A stretch of DNA of 64,000 bases from an uncultured delta proteobacterium. Lineage in GTDB: Bacteria > Myxococcota_A > Polyangia > Haliangiales > Haliangiaceae. The position numbers and the translations under genes were made by a program. The stretch spans positions 256,001 through 320,000 of the forward strand of contig CAVUQH010000002.1 in NCBI GenBank assembly GCA_963743525.1. The letters run 5' to 3'. This document shows positions 35,962-46,699 of the stretch, piece after piece; within the stretch, counting starts at the first letter, position 1; the number at the start of each line of letters is the position of its first letter. The notes below the pieces were generated by a model, which ran no database searches, was not told the DNA's origin, and saw only the letters and a list, made by a program, of their open reading frames with translations.

Positions 35962-36812
35962 GCGAACCGCTTTGCCAGGGTGGCGACGAACGCCTCGATG
36001 GTGCCGAACCGCTCGATGGCCCGGGCCAGCAGCGCGTACTTCTCGGTGCGGCCCGGCTTCCACACCTTGAGCCCCTCGAGATCGAGGAGCGGGCGCACCT
36101 CCGGGTCGTCGTAGCGCATCGACAGGAGCAGCTCACGGAACTGCGCGATCAACGACTCGGGGGCGCCGTCGAGCACGGTGAAGTTGCAGTGGTCGTACTC
36201 CGCCGTCTGCGTGAGCACGCGGGTCGAGCCGGCCGGGATGGTGCCCTCGACGCCGAACGCCAGCAGGTTGCCGTCGATCATGCACGCGGCGTCGACCTCG
36301 CCGGCGAGCAGCGCCTTGGCCGCGTCGCGCTCGCCGCCGATGTGATCGCCGTGCTTGCCGACGAGGACGTCGAAGCGGCGCACGGTGAAGTCGTCGTGCG
36401 GCTCGAGCCCGAGCTCGGCCAGGTGCAGGAGCGGGATCAGCGTCGCCTGCGGCGAGTCGCCGGCGCCCACCGCGACGTTGCGGCCGCGCAGGTCGTCGAC
36501 CGACTGGATGCCGGAGTCGGCGCGGACCACGACCACGCTCGTCAGATCGCAGTCGGTGTCGCGCATGGCGATGGCGCGGGCGGTGCGGCCGACTTTGGCC
36601 GCGACCTTCTCCGCCTGCAGCCACGCCAGCGGCGAGTTCCAGGCGACGTCGAACTGGCCGGCGAAGTGGCCCTCCACCTGGCGCTCGTAGTTGGAGTAGA
36701 GGATGTAGTCGAAGTCGAGGCCGCGGTCGGCGAACCAGCGCTGGAAGCCGTCCCAGATGGTCACGACCTTGGGATCGTAGGCGACGGCGCCGAGAATCAG
36801 AGTGTCGGACAT
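35958..36812 (-). CDS. PhnD/SsuA-family substrate-binding-fold protein without a signal peptide
   Basis: LGAVAYDPKVVTIW, DVAWNSPLAW, VVRADSGIQSVDDLRG and GEVDAA motifs. Confidence 0.85.
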   Translation of the reverse strand: MSDTLILGAVAYDPKVVTIWDGFQRWFADRGLDFDYILYSNYERQVEGHFAGQFDVAWNSPLAWLQAEKVAAKVGRTARAIAMRDTDCDLTSVVVVRADSGIQSVDDLRGRNVAVGAGDSPQATLIPLLHLAELGLEPHDDFTVRRFDVLVGKHGDHIGGERDAAKALLAGEVDAACMIDGNLLAFGVEGTIPAGSTRVLTQTAEYDHCNFTVLDGAPESLIAQFRELLLSMRYDDPEVRPLLDLEGLKVWKPGRTEKYALLARAIERFGTIEAFVATLAKRFA

Positions 36813-36823
36813 GCGGTTGCTCC

Positions 36824-37942
36824 TCAGAAGACCGGCAGGCCGCAGATGGCCTTGCCGATGAAGTCGTACAGCTGATCGGTGGTCGGCGCCATCACGGTTC
36901 CGGCGCGGCCGTCGCGGAAGCGGCGCTCGACACCGACGTCCCCGCGGAAGGCGGCGCCGCCGCAGACGCGCATGGCGGTGTCGAGGACGGCGGTCGCCGA
37001 CTCGCCGGCCGCCGCCTTGCACTCGAGCACGCGCAGCATGACGTCCTCGCGCCCGTTCTCCATCGCGTCGACCGTGTCCATCAGCAGGCAGCGGGCCTGG
37101 TCGGTGGCGATGCGGATGCGCGCCAGGTAGGCGCGGATGGTCGGCAGGTCGGCCAGGCTCGAGTCCAGGTGCTGGTACCTGGTGCCCGAGGCGTGGGCGC
37201 AGGCGGCCTGGGTGGCGCCCTCCATCAGCCCGACCGCGCACGCCGAGGTCATGGCGTTGAAGATCGGCAGCACCACCTCGAGCATTACCTGCAGGCCGGC
37301 GCCGTCCTCGCCCAGACGCGCCGACTCGTCGACGACCACGTCCTCGGCGGCGACCGGCGTCGAGTCGTTGCCGCGCAGGCCGAGGCCGTCGAAGCTGCCG
37401 GCGATGGAGATGCCGCGGGCATCGCGCGGGACCAGCCAGATGGTGCTGGCGCCGTCGGCGGCCACCGGCTGGCTCGACCAGACGTAGGCGGTGCAGTGCG
37501 ACGCCGACGTCACCCAGCTCTTGCGCGCGTCGAGGTGCACGCCGTCGGCCTTCTTGCTCGCGCTGCTGACCGGCGCCCAGAAATGGCTGCGCGATCCGGC
37601 CTCGGAGAAGGCCAGGGTCAACAGGTGCTTGCCGGCGGCGTTGTCGCGGCGGAACGACTCGCTGGCGTACTTCTCGACCACCGCCGTGCCCGCGTAGTGC
37701 ATGCACACGACCATGGCCGTCGACCCGCACTCGCGGGCCAGGCGCTCGACCACCTGCACCGCCGCGCGCGGCCCCTGGCCCATGCCGCCGACAGCCTCGG
37801 CGCTGATCAGCCCGAGCAGACCGGCATCGCGAAGGGCGTCGATGGCGGCGCTGGGAAAGGCGCCCGTGCGGTCGACCTCGGCGGCGTTGGCCGCCACCAC
37901 GCCGGTGGCGATCTTCTCGACAGACTGCAGATAACTCGACAT
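36824..37942 (-). CDS. Acyl-CoA dehydrogenase family flavoprotein
   Basis: TLAFSEAGSRSHFW, KSWVTS, GLGLRGNDS and AMRVCGGAAF...ERRFRD motifs. Confidence 0.92.
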   Translation of the reverse strand: MSSYLQSVEKIATGVVAANAAEVDRTGAFPSAAIDALRDAGLLGLISAEAVGGMGQGPRAAVQVVERLARECGSTAMVVCMHYAGTAVVEKYASESFRRDNAAGKHLLTLAFSEAGSRSHFWAPVSSASKKADGVHLDARKSWVTSASHCTAYVWSSQPVAADGASTIWLVPRDARGISIAGSFDGLGLRGNDSTPVAAEDVVVDESARLGEDGAGLQVMLEVVLPIFNAMTSACAVGLMEGATQAACAHASGTRYQHLDSSLADLPTIRAYLARIRIATDQARCLLMDTVDAMENGREDVMLRVLECKAAAGESATAVLDTAMRVCGGAAFRGDVGVERRFRDGRAGTVMAPTTDQLYDFIGKAICGLPVF

Positions 37943-38061
37943 ACGGAGACTCCTCGGCGCACGCCGAGGCGGTCTCCGCTCAGCGCGCGCTGGTTCGAGC
38001 CCGAGACCTCCCGGGCTTCCTGGGGATTCAGCGAAAGCGCTGGGTGAACATGCGGCGCAGT

Positions 38062-39417
<1,356 letters not shown>

Positions 39418-39427
39418 CGCCCGCGCA

Positions 39428-40351
39428 TCATAGTCGTTCCCCCTCCGGCGCGTCGGGGGAAAGCAGCTTCACCGCCCGCGAGGCCACGCGCTGCAGTCGA
39501 TGCGGGCCGACCAGGAAGATCGCCCGGGCAACGCCGTGCCCGCGCTCGATGCGCATGGCCGCCACCGCCGGCGCCAGCCCCAGCGCGCGGGCGATCGGAT
39601 TGCGCGTGCCCCGCTCGCGGGTGCGCTGGAGCGAGCCGACCAGCGACTGCACTTCGTCGCCGTTGCCGCCGCCGAGTACCGCCACCAGCGCCAGGTCGTC
39701 GGCGACGTCGGCCCACATCGACACCGATGCCGGGGCGACGTCGAGATCGAAGCGCGACGCCATCTCCACCCGGGCGTCGAAGCCAAAGCGGCCTGCGACC
39801 CGCAGCCACGCACCGCTGGCCTTGGCCGGCATCGCCTGCGCGCGCGTGACCATCAGCGTGGCGTCGTCGTCGAGCCCCGGCTCGCTGCCGGCCATCACCG
39901 CTCTCGCCCGCCCTACCCATTCGTCGGGTCCGGCCAGGCGCAGGCCGCCGCCCAGCTCGGCGGCCCCGGGCAGCGCATCGCCCCCGCGCACGGCGACCAG
40001 CGTCACTGCGTCCGGACTGCCGACGCGGTAGGCGGCGACCACCGCGGCGTCGGCACCGCCGACCAGGGCCACCGCCAGCGTGGCCACCGCGCCGCCGGTG
40101 CGGGCGATCTCCTGCACCTGGTCGCCGGGCAGCGCGGCGACGGCGGCGACCACCGGGCCGACCACGCTGTTGGCGCGCAGCCGGGCCAGGTCGAGCTCGA
40201 TCACCAGGTCGGCGCCGGCGGGAAGCGACGGCAAGATGTCGTCGCCGGCGGTGTGCGCGCGGTGCGGCACCTCGGGCGCAGCCGGCTTCTTGCCGGAGCT
40301 GCCGCAGGCGCAAACGCACAGCAGCGCCGCCGCCAGCGCGGCCGGCCTCAT
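39428..40351 (-). CDS. Hypothetical lipoprotein
   Basis: ATGA overlap with hisC; lipobox VCAC. Confidence 0.7.
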   Translation of the reverse strand: MRPAALAAALLCVCACGSSGKKPAAPEVPHRAHTAGDDILPSLPAGADLVIELDLARLRANSVVGPVVAAVAALPGDQVQEIARTGGAVATLAVALVGGADAAVVAAYRVGSPDAVTLVAVRGGDALPGAAELGGGLRLAGPDEWVGRARAVMAGSEPGLDDDATLMVTRAQAMPAKASGAWLRVAGRFGFDARVEMASRFDLDVAPASVSMWADVADDLALVAVLGGGNGDEVQSLVGSLQRTRERGTRNPIARALGLAPAVAAMRIERGHGVARAIFLVGPHRLQRVASRAVKLLSPDAPEGERL

Positions 40352-41457
40352 CCCAGCACGGTGCGCAAGGTGGTGGCCACCCGCGCGCTCTCGGCCGGGG
40401 TGCCGACCGAGATCCGCAGACAGGTGGGCAGCCCCCACGCGCCCATCGGCCGAACGATCACCCCGCGCTCGAGCAGCGACTGGTAGACCGGCGCGCTGTC
40501 GCGACCGACATCGACCAGGACGAAGTTACCCAGGGATGGATAGGCGCGCAGCCCCAGCTCGGTGGCCGCCGCCGACAACAGCGGAATGCCCTCGGCCGCC
40601 GCCGCCGCCGAGCGGTCAACGTGGGCATCGTCATCCAGCGCCGCCAGCGCCGCCGCCTGCGCCACCGCGTTGACGTTGAACGGACGGCGCACGCGGTTGA
40701 TGACGTCGGCTACCCGCCGGTCGCAGATGCCGTAGCCGACGCGCAGCCCGGCCAGGCCGTAGATCTTGGAGAAGGTGCGCAGGGTGATGATCTGCGGATG
40801 GTCGGCGCGATAGGCCTGCGACCGCGGGTAGTCGTCGGTCATGCGCACGGCGTACTCGTGATACGCCTCGTCCATCACCAGCAGCGTCTGCTCGGGCAGC
40901 CCGGCGAGCAGGCGCTCGAGCTCGGCCACCGGCAGGTGCGCGCCGGTCGGATTGTTGGGGTTGGCGACGAAGACGATGCGGGTCTCGGGGGTGACCGCGG
41001 CCAGCAGCGCGTCGACGTCGCAACCGAGCTCGTCGGTGACGTCGGTGTCGACGAAGTTGACGGCGTAGGCCCGCGCCGCCAGCTTGTAACTGATGAACGA
41101 GTAGCGCGGCGCCACCACGCGATCGCCGGGGCGGGTGAAGGCGTGGGTGACCAGATAGATCAGCTCGTTGGAACCGGCGCCAAAGACCAGCTCGGTGCCG
41201 TCGACGCCGTGGGCCCGGGCGACCGCCTCGCGCAGCGCGAAGGCGTTGCCGTCCGGATACGCGTGGACGCCGGACAGCGCCGCGCGCCCGGCGTTGACCG
41301 CCTTGGGCGACGGCCCCATCGGGTTCTCGTTCGACGCGATCTTGATGATGTCGGTGAGCCCGAGCTCGCGCGAAAGCTCCTCGATCGGCTTGCCCGGCTG
41401 ATAGGCGGCCAGGCCGGCCAGGTGCTCGGGGATCAGCTTGGCCACGTCGAAGGTCAT
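40348..41457 (-). CDS. hisC: Histidinol-phosphate aminotransferase
   Basis: YQPGKP, KIASNENPMGPSP, NPNNPTG, DEAY and RTFSKIYGLAGLRVGY motifs. Confidence 0.96.
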   Translation of the reverse strand: MTFDVAKLIPEHLAGLAAYQPGKPIEELSRELGLTDIIKIASNENPMGPSPKAVNAGRAALSGVHAYPDGNAFALREAVARAHGVDGTELVFGAGSNELIYLVTHAFTRPGDRVVAPRYSFISYKLAARAYAVNFVDTDVTDELGCDVDALLAAVTPETRIVFVANPNNPTGAHLPVAELERLLAGLPEQTLLVMDEAYHEYAVRMTDDYPRSQAYRADHPQIITLRTFSKIYGLAGLRVGYGICDRRVADVINRVRRPFNVNAVAQAAALAALDDDAHVDRSAAAAAEGIPLLSAAATELGLRAYPSLGNFVLVDVGRDSAPVYQSLLERGVIVRPMGAWGLPTCLRISVGTPAESARVATTLRTVLG

Positions 41458-42551
41458 GTCTCGTCTGCCTTTCGATACGAGCCGAGCACGCGGAACAGCT
41501 CGCAGAAGTCGGCCAGCTTCTCCAGCGCCGGCGCGACCGCCGGGTCGGCGGCGTGGCCGTCGATGTCGATGAAGAAGACGTAGTCCCACGGCTTCTGCCG
41601 CGACGGCCGGCTCTCGATCTTGGTCATGTTGATGCCGGCGTCGGTGAGCGGCTGGACCACGTGGAGCAGCGCGCCCGCGCGATCGGGCAGCGACAGGAGC
41701 AGGGTCGTCTTGTAGCCGTCGGTTGACGCCGGCACGTCGCCGGGCCTGGCGCCGAGGACGAGGAAGCGGGTGACGTTGTGACTGACGTCCTGCAGCTGGT
41801 GGCGCAGCACCGCCAGGCGGTGGAGACGCGCGGCCAGCTCGGCGGCGATCGCCGCGCCGCCGGGATCCTGCGCGGCCCGGGCGGCGGCGTCCGAGGTTGA
41901 CGGACACTCGACCAGGGTCGCCCGCGGCAGGTTGGCGTGCAGCCAGCCGCGGCACTGGGCCAGCCCCTGCGGGTGCGAGTAGACCCGCTCGATCGATCCC
42001 TCGGTCACGCCGGGCCGGGCCAGCAGACATTGATCGACCTCGACCGCGATCTCGGCGGCGATCGACAGGTCGGTCTCGGCGAAGGTGTCGAGGGTGTGAC
42101 TGACCACGCCCTCGGTCGAGTTCTCGACCGGGACGACGCCGAAGTCGACCAGCCCGCGCGCGACCTCGTCGAAGACCGCCGGGATCGACCCGCACGGCAC
42201 CGCGTCACACGAGGTGCCGAAGTGGCGCTTGACCGCCTGGTGGGTGAACGTGGCCTCGGGGCCCAGGTAGGCCACGCGCACGCCCTTCTCCAGACTGAGG
42301 CACGCGCTTATCACCTCCTGGAACACCGGCCGGATCGCGTCGTTGGGGAACGGTCCGGGGTTGGCCGCCTGCAGGCGGTTGACGATCGCCCGCTCCCTGG
42401 ACGGGACGTAGAAAGCCCTGCCGGACGCCTGCTTGCGCGCGGCGACCTCCTCGACCCGGCGGGCGCGGCGGTTGAGCAGATCGAGGAGCTCGTCGTCGAT
42501 CTGGTCGATCTCCCGGCGCAGGCGGGTCAGCTCGTCATCAGCGGCTGCCAT
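41454..42551 (-). CDS. pheA: Chorismate mutase / prephenate dehydratase
   Basis: LRREIDQID, GVVPVENSTEG, SHPQGLAQC, NVTRF and ACT-domain IESRPS. Confidence 0.96.
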   Translation of the reverse strand: MAAADDELTRLRREIDQIDDELLDLLNRRARRVEEVAARKQASGRAFYVPSRERAIVNRLQAANPGPFPNDAIRPVFQEVISACLSLEKGVRVAYLGPEATFTHQAVKRHFGTSCDAVPCGSIPAVFDEVARGLVDFGVVPVENSTEGVVSHTLDTFAETDLSIAAEIAVEVDQCLLARPGVTEGSIERVYSHPQGLAQCRGWLHANLPRATLVECPSTSDAAARAAQDPGGAAIAAELAARLHRLAVLRHQLQDVSHNVTRFLVLGARPGDVPASTDGYKTTLLLSLPDRAGALLHVVQPLTDAGINMTKIESRPSRQKPWDYVFFIDIDGHAADPAVAPALEKLADFCELFRVLGSYRKADET

Positions 42552-42710
42552 TGGCGCGGAACTCTACTATATTTCAGGCGTTGGGCCGACCGCGGCCAGG
42601 ATGTGAAAGCACAGTTGAGCGGGAACCCCTGGTTACCCACCCAGTTCGCGGGTAACAAATTGCTACGCCGCGCTGTCTATGTAGGCAAACCGACTTCATT
42701 GGTGTCCAAG

Positions 42711-44093
42711 ATGAATCGCAGACGGTCTGTCATCACCAGCCTCATCGTGCTGGCCATCCTCGCCATCCCCACCCTCGCCTTTGCCGGCGAAGGCGGCGAC
42801 TTCTCCAAGTACCAGTCCCAGGGCACCGTCTGGATGTACCTGGCGACCTTCGGCTTCGGCTTCCTGACCTCGTTGACCCCGTGCGTCTACCCGATGATTC
42901 CCATCGTGGTCGGCGTCTTCGGCGCCCGCGACGAGGACGTCAGCCGGAAAAAGGCGTTCGTCCTGGCCACCATGTACGTGCTGGGAATGGGCCTCTTGTT
43001 CGCCACGCTGGGCCTGGTCTTCGCTCTCATCGGCAAGAAGTCCGGCTTCGGCACCCTGCTCGGCAACCCGTTCGTCGTGGTGCCGCTGGTGGTCTTCTAC
43101 GTCGCCCTGGCGGCGTCGCTGTTCGGCGCCTTCGAGCTCAACCTGCCCACCTCGCTGCAGAACCGGCTCAACCGGGTCGGCGGCCGCGGCTACGCCGGCG
43201 CCTTCGGCCTGGGCATGGTCGGCGGGCTGACCGCGGCGCCGTGCACCGGCCCGTTCCTGGCCGGTCTGATCGCGGTCGTCGCCACCACCGGCAACCCGGT
43301 CGAGGGCTTCACGCTGCTGTTCACCTACGCCCTCGGCATCGGCGTGCTGTTCTGGATCATCGCCGTGTTCGCGGTGTCGATGCCCAAGAGCGGCCGGTGG
43401 ATGGAGGCGGTCAAGAGCGTCGGCGGCATCGCGCTGCTGGCGGCCGCGCTCTACTTCGTGCGCCCACTGCTGCCCCTGGAGAAGATCCAGGACGCCCTGC
43501 ACTCGGGCAGCCACACCTTCCTCATCGGCTCGATCGTCATCGCGCTGCTGGGCATCGCCATCGGTGCGGTCCACCTGTCGTTCCACGATCGCTCCGCGGT
43601 CAAGGCGCGCAAGGGCCTGGGCATCGTGCTGGCGGTTGCCGGCATCACCGGCGCGGTCACCTCGATCATGACCCCGGACCGCTACCTGCCGTGGATCTAC
43701 AACGAGCAGGTCGCCTTCCAGCAGGCCAAGGCCGAGGGCAAGGGCGTGATGATCGACTTCGCCGCCAAGTGGTGCGGGCCGTGCAAAGAGCTCGAGCTGA
43801 CGTTCGGCTCCAGCCAGGTCTACGACCACATCATGGCCAACTACGTGCCGCTGCGCTTCGACGTCAGCAACGGCACCGACGCCGACGAGGCCCACCAGGA
43901 GAAGTACAAGGCGGCCAATCTGCCGGTCGTGCTGTTCGTCTCCCCCGACGGCAAGGTGCTGGCTCGCATCAACGAGTTCAAGAAGCCGGGCGAGTTCTTG
44001 AAAGTCGTGCAACCGGCGACCGAACAGCTGCACTCGGCGAGCAAGACCGCGCGGCTCGACGAGCCGGCCACGGTACCCGGCCAGGGCGGTTGA
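42711..44093 (+). CDS. dsbD: DsbD/CcdA-type thiol:disulfide interchange protein with thioredoxin domain
   Basis: LTPCVYPMIP, APCTGP, KSGRWM and WCGPC motifs. Confidence 0.9.
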   Translation: MNRRRSVITSLIVLAILAIPTLAFAGEGGDFSKYQSQGTVWMYLATFGFGFLTSLTPCVYPMIPIVVGVFGARDEDVSRKKAFVLATMYVLGMGLLFATLGLVFALIGKKSGFGTLLGNPFVVVPLVVFYVALAASLFGAFELNLPTSLQNRLNRVGGRGYAGAFGLGMVGGLTAAPCTGPFLAGLIAVVATTGNPVEGFTLLFTYALGIGVLFWIIAVFAVSMPKSGRWMEAVKSVGGIALLAAALYFVRPLLPLEKIQDALHSGSHTFLIGSIVIALLGIAIGAVHLSFHDRSAVKARKGLGIVLAVAGITGAVTSIMTPDRYLPWIYNEQVAFQQAKAEGKGVMIDFAAKWCGPCKELELTFGSSQVYDHIMANYVPLRFDVSNGTDADEAHQEKYKAANLPVVLFVSPDGKVLARINEFKKPGEFLKVVQPATEQLHSASKTARLDEPATVPGQGG

Positions 44094-44566
44094 TGACCCG
44101 GCTGGCGCTGGCGTGTGTAGCCCTCGCCCTGGTGGCGAGCTGCACCCGCGCCAGCGACACCGCTGCGCCTGCGCCCGGCAACCGCCAGGCCCACGCCGAA
44201 GCGCCCCGCGCGCTGCAGTGGGAGACCGACGAGCCGGCGGCGCTGGCCCGCGCCAGGCGCGAGGGTCGGCCGCTGGTGATCGACTTTCGCTCGGAGTGGT
44301 GCGCGCCGTGCCAGGAGCTGGAGGAGAAGACTTTCTCCGACGCCGAGGTCGCCCGCCTGCTGGCGACCCGCGCGGTGACCCTGCGCGTGGACGTCACCGA
44401 TGTGACCGATGCCCACGAGGCGCTGATGCAGAAGTACCGCGTCGAGACCTTGCCGGCGATCATCTTCTTCGACGCGGCCGGCAACGAGCGCGGGCGCATC
44501 ACCGACTACGCCAGGCCGGCGCAGTTCCTGGCCCGTGCCCGCGAGCTGCTCGGCCCGGCTACTTGA
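44093..44566 (+). CDS. Thioredoxin-family lipoprotein
   Basis: TGATG coupling, lipobox VASC, WCAPC. Confidence 0.88.
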   Translation: MTRLALACVALALVASCTRASDTAAPAPGNRQAHAEAPRALQWETDEPAALARARREGRPLVIDFRSEWCAPCQELEEKTFSDAEVARLLATRAVTLRVDVTDVTDAHEALMQKYRVETLPAIIFFDAAGNERGRITDYARPAQFLARARELLGPAT

Positions 44567-45203
44567 GCTGGAACTCGAAGCGCAGGCCCGCCAGCACCGA
44601 GCCCTGCACGCTGGTGTACTGGTTGCTGTTGTTGTTGGCGATGCCGTTCTTGAACATGTAGCCGGCCTGGATCGGGATGCGCAGGTTGAGCGACACCACC
44701 CGATTGAGCCGGTAGCCGAGCGCGAAGCTGGCCTGGACCAGGAAGCCCTTGTCGGTGACCTGGGCGTTGTCGAGCGGCGGCATCACCTGCTGGCCGGTGC
44801 CGACGCCGAAACCGGTGCCGATGCCCAGCTCGGCGTAGCCGACCTGGTAGACGTCGTCGCCCACGCGCTTGCCCTTTTCCAGGTGACCACCGCGCTGGTC
44901 ACCGAAGTGCATCTTCAGATCGAAGCCGAGCATGAACTGCGTCCACGTGCCGAGCAGGCCGCCGCTGCCGAGGTACTGGGAATGCTCGATCCAGCCGTCG
45001 ACCCACAGCACCTCGGCGCCGACCAGCGCGCCGTAGGTCGCACCGCTGGTGCCCTTGTGAAAGGCGGCATCCTTGGCATCGCCCGATACCCCGCGGCCCG
45101 CGGCACCGCCGCCCTGGGCAGCGGCGTACAGGGTCAGGATGTCGGCGCGCGCGGGCGCGGCCAGGGCGCCGAGAACGGCGCAGACCATGACGATTCGCTT
45201 CAT
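44559..45203 (-). CDS. Putative small outer-membrane beta-barrel protein
   Basis: Signal peptide ending APARA, alternating strands, C-terminal GLRFEFQLK. Confidence 0.65.
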   Translation of the reverse strand: MKRIVMVCAVLGALAAPARADILTLYAAAQGGGAAGRGVSGDAKDAAFHKGTSGATYGALVGAEVLWVDGWIEHSQYLGSGGLLGTWTQFMLGFDLKMHFGDQRGGHLEKGKRVGDDVYQVGYAELGIGTGFGVGTGQQVMPPLDNAQVTDKGFLVQASFALGYRLNRVVSLNLRIPIQAGYMFKNGIANNNSNQYTSVQGSVLAGLRFEFQLK

Positions 45204-45903
45204 AAGGAGTCTCCCAGGAGCGCGGCCAGACGGCGCGCTTCGAATCCTACTAGAACCCGGCCGTGGACGTCGATGACCGGCACCCAATCGGCGGCGACGC
45301 CGACTCGCGCCAGCACGCGCGCCATCTCCTCGGCGCGCGCCGGATCTTCTCGACGTCGACGAACTGATACTTCACCGACCGCTGGTCGAGATAGGCGCGG
45401 GTGTCGCGGCAGGCCGCACACCAGCTGGCGCCGTAGACGGTGACCGTCGGCCGCGCACGGACGCCGCCGAAGAGCCCCTCGACCGCGGGTACGGCGACGC
45501 GCGACGCCCGGCCCGGCGGCAGCGCGGCCAGTGCGCGGGCTTCGAAGTCGATGCGCCGCATGCGGGCGGCGGTGAACCGTCCGTCGGCATCCGGTCGGTT
45601 CAGATCGACGACCTGCACCGGAACATCATCCCCCGGCGCCGACCGGCGCGCCGTGGGAGGGATCACGCGCACCACCGTGCGCGACCGCAGCGGCACGGCG
45701 CCGGCCCCGCGTGCCCGGCGGAAGCGCCCGCCGAGATCGGCGTACTCGAAGGTGACGTCGTCACCGGTGCCCACGCGCAACAGCGCGTCGACGCCGCCGT
45801 CGTCCGCGGTGCCATCGCTCGTGCGTTCGCGCACGCGGCAGCCGGTCGCCGTGCACAACGCAACCGCGATCACCAGCGGCCGCCATCTCACCGCGCCCCT
45901 CAC
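45200..45903 (-). CDS. Glutaredoxin-domain lipoprotein; -1 frameshift near 45345
   Basis: Lipobox ATGC; VYGASWCAAC; adding one base gives DVEKDPARAEEM...VPVIDV. Confidence 0.75.
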
Positions 45904-45924
45904 AGGGATCGATCATAGCGCGGC

Positions 45925-46521
45925 TCAGTTGATCACCACGAGCTCGGTCGAGTCCTTGGCGCAGAAGGTCGCCGACAGGTCGTAGCGCTGCTGGCACTGC
46001 GGGCAGATCTTGGCGATGATCCCGGTCGGCTTGCGGTCGAGGCCGCGGGTGGTGACCGAGTAGACCGCCACCGCGCACAGCTCGGTGGCGTCGTGCGGGC
46101 AGAAGCGAACGCCGGCGTCGTACGAGCGACTGCAGCTGGGGCAGACGGTGCCTTCCTTGCGCCGCGGCTCGTGCAGCTCGTGGCGTGGAATCAGCGGGCG
46201 GGCATCGTGCGGGCAGTACGACAGGCCGGTGTCGTACTCGCGCCGGCAGGTGGGGCAGATCATGCTGTCGTCGCGAGCTACTTCCAGCCCGCCGCCGCCG
46301 CCGGCGAACGCGCGCGGCAGCTCGCGCGGCCGGGTGACGTACTCGACTCCCTCGACGTGAACATCGCGCCCCAGCGACACCCGGCGCGGCGTCGGGCCGG
46401 GCGTCGGCTCGGACTCTTTCGCGCGGCGGCGCAGGACCACGCCGAAGACGATCAGGAATCCGAGAATCAGAATCAGCAGCCCGGCGAGCGCGAGCAGCGC
46501 GAGCCGCGCGCCCGCAGACAT
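45925..46521 (-). CDS. Membrane-anchored triple Zn-ribbon protein
   Basis: TM helix, then three CPxC-x10-C(P/A)xD units. Confidence 0.8.
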   Translation of the reverse strand: MSAGARLALLALAGLLILILGFLIVFGVVLRRRAKESEPTPGPTPRRVSLGRDVHVEGVEYVTRPRELPRAFAGGGGGLEVARDDSMICPTCRREYDTGLSYCPHDARPLIPRHELHEPRRKEGTVCPSCSRSYDAGVRFCPHDATELCAVAVYSVTTRGLDRKPTGIIAKICPQCQQRYDLSATFCAKDSTELVVIN

Positions 46522-46699
46522 GGAGCTCGATCCGAGCGTTATGCAGGTCCGATCGAAGAGGGAATACGTCACACGCGCCTCGGCCGACCTCGAGAGAGGC
46601 TTAGCATACCGCGCCGAGCCCGCCCCGCGACTGGAAAGAGCACCCGGCGACTCCCGCGACCCCGTGTGACGAACGCCGGTTTGCGCTATCGTCCGCGCG

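Noticed and set aside
33169..36063. 964-aa ferritin-cytochrome-porin fusion in the ORF track
   Set aside because: A frameshift at ~35212 causes read-through; the porin has its own RBS, signal peptide and promoter.
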